From Epiperipatus broadwayi (taxonomy: Eukaryota; Animalia; Onychophora), in the NCBI GenBank assembly GCA_028023455.1, contig JAQFVV010000006.1, positions 620,001 through 684,000 on the forward strand: a stretch of DNA of 64,000 nucleotides, written 5' to 3'. The notes under the pieces were generated by a model. That model ran no database searches, had not been told where the DNA came from, and worked only from the letters and a program-made list of their open reading frames with translations. The position numbers were made by a program, and so were the translations under genes. The stretch's first letter is position 1. Each line of letters starts with the position of its first letter. Positions 1-9,934 of this stretch are shown here, in pieces.

Positions 1-616
1 ATAACTTGAATAAAATTCATTATTTCATTTATTTTTATTTTTTTTTACTTATTGTGATCATAACTAATATCCCATAGACACTACAAATAAATGTTTAATA
101 TTCTAAACATATATATTTCTACATATGGATTATATATTTCCAACACTATTTTATAAAAATGTAGTTTAAATTATTTTAATATACAGTACTGCCTTTTTAT
201 AATGCAGTTTAATTTTTTGTCAATTATTTTTATTAATGGGTATAATTTTTAAATTAAATTTTATCATAGTTTATATACATGTTTAAAATGTATTATTCAG
301 GATTTAGAGTTATACCTGATTTCAAGTATTCACATGAAGAATTGAAGCCATGTTGCCAGTGATAGATAATACAAAATACATAAATATTTTCATAGGAATA
401 ATGGTGGAAAATTATTTAAACTCTCTCTGGCTGACAATTAGTAAGCCTGGCTGGTGAGTACTGATTTCCCCTTGGCTGTTTCCCAGATCAAGAATAGTTG
501 GAGAGGACTTAGCAATAGGCTTTTTATCATCTATTTCCCTACATTCATCTATTATTGTACTTTATCACTCAAATTAATTTGCATTTGATTTTAAGACAAG
601 TAATTAAAATAGGAGC

Positions 617-655
617 AGCTCTGAGGAAGACTGCAGGACAGTCGAAACATAAGAT
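617..655 (+). ncRNA. Hammerhead ribozyme core, minimal type-I/Penelope-like, probably decayed
   Basis: CTGAGGA-A-[GACTG cagga CAGTC]-GAAAC at 621-648: perfect 5-bp stem II between the conserved core motifs. Stem I is weak. Confidence 0.5.
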
Positions 656-837
656 TTGGTATATATGTAAAATAAAATAAAAATATTGCTAAAAAGTGTG
701 CAACGTAAAGTGAACAAATTCTATTTATAGAAATAATGTAATTGAATAATGTTTGCTTATTTAAGTTAATCAAGTCATTACATTAACTTTATTCATTTAA
801 TAAGATAGCAATTAATGTTGTGAAATGTTTTAACAAG

Positions 838-922
838 GTATACAAATAATGATGAAAACCTTCCTGACTGGTTTGCCACAGATGAAAAGAAGCATTACAA
901 AAAAAATCTGCCTATTACGAAG
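838..922 (+). CDS. FTSJ3: FTSJ3/SPB1 pre-rRNA 2'-O-methyltransferase, internal coding exon (upstream exons not found in window)
   Basis: AG acceptor at 836-837, GTAAG donor at 923. Translates (R)YTNNDENLPDWFATDEKKHYKKNLPITK, matching the conserved Spb1 C-terminal NRY..ND..LP.WF..DE..H motif. Confidence 0.92.
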
Positions 923-1655
923 GTAAGGTCAATATTTAACAATAAATATTTATACACACACTTATATAAATGATATACTTTACAGATATATATTTATAAT
1001 TCTTTAACCCATAAAAATTTTTGTATCAACATATACATATTATTCACTCTGCATATTTAGGCAGCAAGTAATTTTCTTTTAAGAAAACATTTATTTAATT
1101 TACAGTAGTCTCTTTTCTATAAACATTTAACTGATCGTTAATTAAAAAAATAATCGAGTGGTTTATAGCTCAAGAGTTCATAAGAAGTTGAAACTACTGG
1201 GAATGACAGCTGCAGAGGTCCAAGGACCTCGAAGTTTAGAATCCATTAATGTATGCAGAGCTAATGGTTATTAATCGTTCTTCATTAAATTAGATTGTAT
1301 TTCACTGATATAGACTTAATATTTTTTATACAGGTATACGATTCTTTTAAAACATCATTTGACCACCTTTTGCATCGAGTGTCACTTTTGTGTGGAAAAT
1401 AGTTACTATTATTATATATCTGATCATCTGTTTTAAACCATTTTCCTCTTTCTTTTCGTGAGCATGGTCTTATATTTTGTGTGAAAAAATATGTTTAACT
1501 TCTGATTACAATTATAATTTGAACATATGGTTGTATGCATTAGCATGTTCCCGTCTCCCGAAGAGTTTACCATTTCATATTTTAAAGTGTATTAATTAGA
1601 TTGGTCATAATGGTCTGGAAACAATATGCACAATGACCCAGTGGAAATGTTTCTG

Positions 1656-2155
1656 GTGATGTGATGCACTGTGACTTCTCCTTATACGGAGTCAGGAATC
1701 TGAGCAACTATGCCCAGAGAAACCTGTTTAGCCACTTTACCTTTCCTTTCGATTCTCCACCCTAAGTTTTCATATAATCTGCTCCAACCCATTTCCAAAA
1801 CATCATCTTTGTCAATGCCATAGCCTTTATATCTAAATACCCTTTATCTTTTCCTAAACCCAGCATAAAAACCAATGACCCACTTTCTGTATAATCACTT
1901 TGTTCATATTTATTCTTCCGTAACTTCATTATTTGTACCCTTTCTGCTTCCAAGCATTTACATTGAAGTAACAGATGTCTAAAATTTTCTTTGCCTTCCT
2001 TAGACAACTTGCACACTAAATCACCCATATTTTTCTATTTACTTGTATATTCCCTTGTTGCTAAAGATCCCGTTCGAGCCTTAAACAATAAACTACTTTC
2101 CTTACTGGTGACTTATTCTGATCTGCCGCGCCATCTCTGAATTAAAGCAATATGC
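1656..2155 (-). mobile_element. 5'-truncated LINE 3' fragment, same family as 54050-58810
   Basis: Reverse complement aligns with 58490-58810 (aggctcgaacggga..., CKL.KEG.EN.RHLL.. CKCL, and the 3' end tttctctgg...gtataaggagaagtc.cagtgcatcacatcac). Confidence 0.85.
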
Positions 2156-2165
2156 TACATAGCTG

Positions 2166-3045
2166 TAGGTTCCCTCGATAATAAGACCTAATCAGAAAAT
2201 AAACCCAAGCATGATTTTTTAGGATACTTATAAGCCCTAGTTAAGATCATCGGCCACATAGATGGTCGATGGATGTATTGAATTATAAAATGATTGTATA
2301 AATAATATTATTGATATTACTTTAAATAAATGGTAGTATAAATTACAGAGTTCTTTTATATTTTCCCCATAAACAATTTTCAACAAACATAATTCAACAA
2401 GTATAGAGAAAATTTATCTACCACAAATCACTATATTGAACAATTTATAATTTAATTTATATATTTTTAGGTACTTGTTTTATTTATATTGATTTACTTT
2501 TAGAATTTCATCATGGTATGTTTTAAATATTCAAGATGAAAGAAAAATTAGTTTGATTTCTTAAACATTTTTTCCCTCGTAAAAGATTTTATTAAAATAA
2601 CGGATGTGATCTATCGTTATTCGATATACCCATATTTTATAATGGACGTACTTAATTACCATATGAAGTACAGAAACATTTTCTGAATTTTTGTGCTTGT
2701 ATTTTTTTGTTGCCCTTGTGTGATCAAACCATTCTTAATTGGAATCATTTTTGTTACCACTTCTGTCTTGCAAGTCTCAATTAACATTTAATTTAATGGT
2801 AAATTTGAACGGAATAATAATCTGATCACCAGATACGATGAATGCAAAAAGAAAGACGTATTCTGGCAAGTACAACAAAGGAATTGGGGAAGCTCCCGGG
2901 CTAAGAATCTTACAGCTTTCTCTAAGGAGGAGAAGTACTTGAATAAATGTACATGAGAAAATAAGACATCTCCTGAAAATAAGCCCTATGGTATCTTTTA
3001 GAGCAAAAATTAATATAAGACCTCTTATTATCGAGAAACACGATA
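2166..3045. mobile_element. pogo/Tigger-type non-autonomous element (TIR-bounded)
   Basis: Inverted termini CTCGATAATAAGA (2174-2186) / TCTTATTATCGAG (3023-3035), TA flanks, and Tigger-like subterminal gaaaataagccct...gagcaaaaattaatataagac. Confidence 0.65.
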
Positions 3046-3869
3046 CATGGTTTAGCTATTCTCCACAAAAAATTTAAAGTGCTAGTATATCTAAACAATG
3101 AGTTATGACATTAAATGTGATGTAGTTTATTATCTTAACCCATTAAATTTTGTTGCATATTAAGAAAAACTGCTACTTAAATATTTAAAATGATTTAAAC
3201 TGTGTACTGCCGTGAAGTCATAAGTCACCAGCATTTTCAAATGGTTTGCGAGATTTCATGATGGTAAGGGGAACTGAAGATGATACAAAGTATGAAATAT
3301 AATCATGTTTTCTATCATAACTCATGATCCAAATATGTTGGCCCTTGATTTTTGGGATGAATAGCTAAACTAAGTCTCTATTTATCACTTGCATTGATTC
3401 AGCTTGGAGAGAGAATTAGTCACCTGGTGCTCGTATATAATTTTAAAAAAAAGAAGATAAAACAGTCTTTAATAAAGTCACTGCATGACAAACACCTCTT
3501 CAACAGCTCATCATAGAGGAACATTGGTGGAATAGGCAGGCATTACCAGGTTTGCTTTTTGCTCATCGATAAGAGTTTTTAATCCTTTTTCATTCAGGTT
3601 TTATTTTCTTGCGCTAGGTTTACTTAGATACTCATTTGCAAAATGTTAATTGCATAGTTAATTAGATTAGTTAATTTTTGGTTACTTGAAAGAAAAATCG
3701 TAAATTGTTGGAAACCTGAAAAATTGTTCTAGTTTTGTCTAACTTATAGTCAAACTCCACTAATGTCAAGCCATATTAGTAGAGTAGATCTATATTTACT
3801 GAGTGGGTCTACTGGATTTAGTTACTACGATCTTACATTAGCATCTGGCTAAAGCTAAATGATATCGAA

Positions 3870-3949
3870 TGAATTCTGATGATTGGTTACTGGGAATGCT
3901 GACCAAAATCGTGAACTTATTTGGGGTTCTGATCAAAGGTCTGAATCCA
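3870..3949 (+). ncRNA. Candidate intronic box C/D snoRNA (FTSJ3 intron)
   Basis: C box (C)TGATGA 3876-3882; guide TTACTGGGAAT 3887-3897; D' CTGA 3899-3902; internal stem CCAAA/TTTGG; C'-like CTGATCA 3929-3935; D box CTGA 3941-3944; 4-of-5-bp terminal stem (TGAAT/ATCCA). Guide is complementary to 18S rRNA AUUCCCAGUAA (rRNA sequence recalled, not searched). Confidence 0.5.
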
Positions 3950-4159
3950 AAGTAATGAGTATAGTTATTAATTTTATGGATGTGTTAAATGCAAGTTATT
4001 TTTAACCAATTATACTGCACTATTCATCTAATCAGAGTTTAATGAAGTTTCATGGGGCATCTTTAAACAGGTTATTGTAATTGCCTTCAGTCTTTTTGAG
4101 AACTATCTACTATAAGCTTGGACAATTAGTAGATATTTAAGTAGTGATGTTGTTATATT

Positions 4160-4760
4160 TTCAGTCAATACTTTTTTCCTAGTAATTTCATTGGCGAAGG
4201 CCTTAATTAAGAAACTATAGTCTGGGGTGTGCATAGGACAGTACTGGATGTCAATATAAATAGTGCTGTAATCTGGTATCTATTGATTACTCAAGCTTAC
4301 AATAGATAACGCCTGAGTAGAATGAGGTGAATTGCTTCTAAGAGCAATATAATTCATGGACATGGGATATTCAAGCATCCAAGTGTCAGATTGAACATAA
4401 TGATTGGCCTTCGGTTGAAAATCAATCACACAAAACATCTGTAGTCTTATACATGAGTGCATTTGTTCCATTAACAATGATGTTTGAATTAAGAGTGGAA
4501 AGTGGATACAACAAGGTGATTCTATCTCTCCAAACTTTTTTTATACAATTGTTTTATTGGAACAAGGGAATATAACTTTATTAATATGGATTTCACTGAT
4601 AATGTAAATGTTTTCTAAAGTACTGCTTCGAGACAGCGGAATAAGTTACAAGAGTTATTGGATGAAGGCAAAAAAAGATTCCTGTAATATTGAATAAATT
4701 TTCAAAAAGGTAAAATAACAATTAATAGTAATGAGTTAAAGGGAATCAACAATTATAAAT
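4160..4760 (+). mobile_element. Decayed RTE-like LINE reverse transcriptase fragment
   Basis: QGDSISPNFF at 4512-4540 and a downstream FTDNV (FADD-like) motif, with many stops and frameshifts. Confidence 0.55.
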
Positions 4761-5994
4761 GGCTGGAAGAAGGGGAGGTTTAGAAAATAATTATTGTTCA
4801 GCTTATTATGGCATTCATAAAAAAAAAGTGTCGGAGGATAAGTTATATCTATCTTGATTAGCTTTGTCTTGCTTTACCCGCTGCAGATTAATATTTTGAA
4901 GCAAAAATAATGGAAAGAGCAATAAATGTAACTAACTAATTGATGTTCTCATTTTAACATTATGCCGCTTGACTGTCTAAGTAACTACTATAAATATATA
5001 TGCAAATTATCATAAACTATGATGTAGCTTCTCTTTCGAAAATACCAGAATTGAACATTAGTTTATTAATTATTAATCATGTTATCTTACATGTTATTGC
5101 AGTATTAACTAATAAAAAGTTTTGAATCAAAGTTTTCCTCAATAATCCCCTTTTTTTGAATGTTTCGTGAGATTTCGAAGTATGATGGAAAGATCTTAAG
5201 ACCTGTCAGACATTCTCATTCTAAATATGATGGAATCTACTATTGTAAAAGCACATTGATATTGGATTGGGCATGGGAGTAGAATAAATAGTATCTGATA
5301 TCCTAAAAAAATCTTCATGGTAAATTTGAGCTTTGCTTTACAGGAAAGGCAGATTTTTTTTTTTATGTTATAAAAATTATTTTAATGAGGTGCAATATTG
5401 ATGACTTTTATTTGTGTATGTGTGTGGGAGGGGGGGTGACCTTGGACAAAATACGGTGAAGAACTACCTTTCAGAAGGACAAAATTTGTTAGAGGAAAAG
5501 TTGGAAATGAACATTGCAAGGATGTCAAACGATCTAAGGATCTTGATGTAATGTATTAATAGATAACAGGTTGGTTCACGTAGGTATAACTAAACTCATC
5601 CGTGAATTTTCAATCTTTATTTATTTATTTATTTTTTTAAATCTGGCTGATGATAATTATCAAATTAACAATCAGCTAAAAGTTTTTATTAGAAAGTATT
5701 TATCTAAGTTTTTTAAAGATAAAAATAGTAACTGGTTGAGGTGTGTGAATGTTCCATATTACACATAGAATCGTGGAAATTACCTTGTAATAAATTTATT
5801 TTAAAATGATCTGTTATCATATAAATTTAGTCTTACCGAAAACTTGCATTTAACATTTGAAACATACAAATTGATATCCTTTTCACTATGTTATACAGTT
5901 TGTAAGTTTCCCCTAAAGATGAATGTGAATTTAATTTTGTTCACACTTAACATTACTGCGGAAGTATAGTTATGTGGTTTTATATATTTTTCAG

Positions 5995-6087
5995 GAATTT
6001 GTTCGAGCATATAAAGAAAGGATAAAAGAAATAAATGCCCGTCCTATTAAGAAAGTGGTTGAAGCAAAAGCAAGAAAGAAGAGAAGG
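5995..6087 (+). CDS. FTSJ3: FTSJ3/SPB1 coding exon
   Basis: ttttcAG acceptor, GT donor at 6088. Translates EFVRAYKERIKEINARPIKKVVEAKARKKRR, the hallmark Spb1_C motif INARPIKKV.EAKARKK. Phase 0 joins the previous exon. Confidence 0.96.
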
Positions 6088-6430
6088 GTATATTTTATAG
6101 CCGTCATTTATTTATAATAAGTAACCGATTGTGTAATTATTACATTGCAGAGCCATATTTTATAATATTACGAGAAATTTTAAACGCCCTCTATTAATTC
6201 ATTATTTAATTAATATAAGACGTTATATAAATAAGATTCAAGTCAATTCTGATTTGCTTGGATCTTTGTATAGCTGGTGAATAAAATTCCCCTGAAACTT
6301 GACTTATGAATTCGGCTATTTATATGAATATCTTATATTTTAGTTAATCAAAGAGCTAATAAAAGACACTTTAAATGCTCTTATTCTTTATTTTAATAAT
6401 GCATAATCTATTTTCATTATATCTTTCCAG

Positions 6431-6525
6431 TCTATGAATCGTTTAGAAAAGGCTAAAAAGCAAATCGAAGCTATTACTGATTCAGTTGAAATGACCGAAG
6501 TTGAAAAGATGCATCATATTAAAAG
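6431..6525 (+). CDS. FTSJ3: FTSJ3/SPB1 coding exon
   Basis: tttccAG acceptor, GTAAA donor at 6526. Translates SMNRLEKAKKQIEAITDSVEMTEVEKMHHIK+ag, in frame with both neighbours. Confidence 0.94.
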
Positions 6526-6739
6526 GTAAATTGTTTGAAATTTTTTGTTATTATTACAAATATTTTATCTATAAGGATATGATTATTATTGATTTGTCCA
6601 AATTGTTTAGTTAATTATCTGTTGATATAAAATTGTGCTACATTATTTAAATCATTACTTTTTTTTTTTTTTCTACTTTTGTTGCATTTTATTTGAGCTT
6701 TGTTCTTTAGTAGATCGCTGTATTTATTAACACTAATTA

Positions 6740-7795
6740 TAATAAAATAAAATTAAGAGCGTGTGAAGTGCTGGAGAGAGAAGCTATAATGAGTACAAAT
6801 TATAAGACTATAAAATAATCAGCAGCTTAGCGTTTTCGAGGTGAGTCGCCTCATATTCATAGCAATAATAATAAATAGTGCAGAAAGTGTTAATGATGAT
6901 ATGCAAAATACATGCAAATTCTTTATGTAGCCCAGCGTTTGGAGATATCAAAGCAGGTGTCACATCTGTTGATGGAGTTTTTATTACCAGTAGTAATATA
7001 CGTGTAATGTCGGAAATTTTTACCATGCAAAATATTACATTTTGGGATATCCCGAAGCACCATCATGCATTTTTAACAATTTCATCTTTGTCTGTAATCT
7101 AAGAACTTATTTGGGAGCTAGTTTAGGCAGTAACTCATTGTGAAAAATACAATTTTATTTATTGTAGAAGTAAACAAAATCTAATTGAATTTGGCACATA
7201 TTCTCTAGGCAAAGTTACTAAGTAACTCATTGATAATCTTATGGAGGACCAAATTCATCAGTGTACAGTGTATCCCATTGAAAAGTTTTGTTTTTTGACC
7301 TTCCTCCAGTAGGGCAATCTTGGAATCAACACATTTATTATATAACTTACATAGTTTCGTTATTCACTCCAAAAATTTTAAGGTACTACTGTGTCTAAAT
7401 CCTGAGTTACGTCATGAAATATGACTTTAGCCCTTCGTTATCCATCTTCAATGCTCCTGCTATCACAAAATTTTCCAAATTGCTTTGTTGTGACTCATAT
7501 TTTCATTGCCATATGTAATTTGAATCATTTCAAATTTTCCGTAACGGTTTTGCACAATTTAAAAAAAAAAAAAAAACTTGGAAGTTAGCATGTTATTCCG
7601 TCATGGATTAATGTACAAAATATGATACTTTTCCTGTCATAACTCAGGGTCCGGATATTGTAGCATTTTAAAATTTTTGTGGTGAATACTTTAACTACAT
7701 TGCAGGCAATGTAGAGAAGGAACCCAGTCACCTGTTCGCTAGGATACACGTCACATTTGTAGTTCATTTGAAAGAATTTTCCGAGCATCATATAT
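6740..7795 (-). mobile_element. Decayed Tc1-like transposon relic
   Basis: HDGAS-like (HGGGS) motif on - near 7050-7070; end ...ttttccgagcatcatata resembles a Tc1 TIR; 9-bp perfect hairpin CTACATTGC-AG-GCAATGTAG at 7695-7714. Highly degenerate. Confidence 0.35.
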
Positions 7796-8521
7796 ATGTT
7801 TATTAGAATATTTCAAGCTTTAAACATTTTTTATAATACACATTAATGAAGAATTTGTTCTTTTCCTAAGGGTATTTAAAATGAGTACTTAATAATTCTG
7901 CCTTAGAAATATTAATTTGTGCCAACTTCACTTAATACAGTTAATACAATCTCATTTCTGTAGTTATTATTATCTAAGGCTGCAGTAAAAGTGATGTAAT
8001 TTCTGTCATCTTAGCAGTTAGATATTAATACTGCAAGATTTGGTCATTATTTATATATGGTGCTTAAAGCAAATTTTTAATATACTACACACACACATGT
8101 ATAAATTAAAGAATGCACAGTACAAGATGAAACCTATATAGTAAGAAAATACAACCAACTGCTAAAGTTTCACCTGCGCTACCTGTGTTTAAAAATCCAA
8201 GTTTCCTGCATTATGTATCCTTTAATTTATTCTTATATAGTTACGTTAGGTGTTTTTTTCAAAGCATAAAATATTTGTTGTGTTCTGTATTTGGAACATG
8301 TTATATGTTTGTTTAATAGCTTTTAAGATGTTAACTTGTTTAAATTTGCGCTTGTTTAAAATTGTCTTGGAAGTCAATTGCACTTAATAATTTACATCAC
8401 ATTAGGTAAGAGAATTTCCTTTTATCTAAGGTAAGAGTGTTGAGATTCAGACTTGAATTTTTAAATGAACATAGCACAGTTGAAACTTTAGCATTTGAGT
8501 GTATTCTCTTATTTATATATA

Positions 8522-9405
8522 TATAGGGGGAACCCAAAAATAATCGGAATTTTATAATAAAAAGTTATTTATTTATTTTTAAGTGTTATAAATTTAATCT
8601 CTTTCAAATTACTGTCCATTTGATGCAATACATCAGTCTAAACATGTTTTTCATATTTCATAGTAGTCCGGAAATACTTACAAAGTATGCCTTTTAACAC
8701 TTGTTTTTTTCCTACCACTTCTAACTCTGCAAAAAAATTTGGGACATTTTTTTATTCGAGAGATTAAAAATAAATCACACGAAGCGAGATCGAGCAAATA
8801 TACCCAATAGATAAGCTGGGTCATGCTGAATTTAATTTAAAAGTATTTCACACTCAAGGCTTTGACAGATAACACTTTGTTGGGAGTAGAGTTTACACTT
8901 TTTTTTTTGTCCTCAAAATGGGGTGTTTATATTTCACTGCATCACGTAAATGTTTCAGAACTGGCAGATAATATGCCTGACTGTTATGAACTAAATCTGA
9001 GAGAAAAATGTCATTTGCGTCAAAAAACAAATTCAGCTTCATTTTGAGTTTGGTCTTCACTTGCCAAGCTTTTTAGGGATGTGTAACCACTCATAAACTT
9101 GTGTTTTTATGAGGTCACCTTGCATATAATCTGTTTCAAGCTTTACAACTGATTTCCTTGTAGTTTTCTGTAAAAGAAAACAGAATTTCACATTATTCGA
9201 CTTTTTCAGCCATTAAAAATCAACAAAGATGCGAAATGTATTTTACAACAAAATGTGCTACATGGACCCACAATTTCACATGGCAATGTCATTTGGAAGA
9301 TTGATGCAGGATTCCTGCAAGAAAGTATGTAGCAGCAGAAGTATATCCTACAACAGGCACGCAAACCGGAGAACAATTCTGGTTATTTTTTTATCTCCAC
9401 TCGTA
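8522..9405 (-). mobile_element. mariner-type transposon relic with degenerate TIRs
   Basis: Left end tataggggg aacccaaaaataatcggaatt versus right end aattctggttatttttttatctccactcgta. DLASCDLFLI (DLAPCDFFLF-like) on - at 8760-8792. Confidence 0.7.
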
Positions 9406-9934
9406 TATACGTATGTATTCAGTAGATATCTTTATATCAGCTTATTCTGAAAATAAAATATTAGATTCACTGAATCAGTTTCAGAATTACTCCATCGGGT
9501 GGATCAAATTCTCCAACATCATTAACCACAAACCAGAATTGATTTGAATCTAATCTTATTTTATACTAAACATATTTATTTTCTTTTGAATATGAAAAAA
9601 AAAAAATAAAAAATTATAATTTTTCTCACAAAAAAATAATTTTTTTTGTGTTATACCATTTGCCTTTTTTTTTTTTAAAAGAAATAAATTTAAAAAAAAG
9701 GGGTGGGGGAAGGGTTTTTTCATCATATCAATTAAAATAAAATCTCTATAATTACAATTGTATATATGATTTTATTCAGTATTGTTTTGTTTTTTGTATA
9801 ACTTGCTCACTTCAATCTTCATCTATAAGTTTTTTTTAATTATTTACTTTTTTTATTTCTGTCAGTTTTGAAAATAATTTGTGGCATTCTTTTCATTAAA
9901 AGTAAATAAACTTACACTCTTGTGTTCAGTTTGT

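Noticed and set aside
440-530. GC-richer segment with a donor-like GTGAGT at ~456 as a possible upstream FTSJ3 exon
   Set aside because: No frame yields the expected upstream Spb1_C sequence (..GLALG....K..DLID.SFNR).
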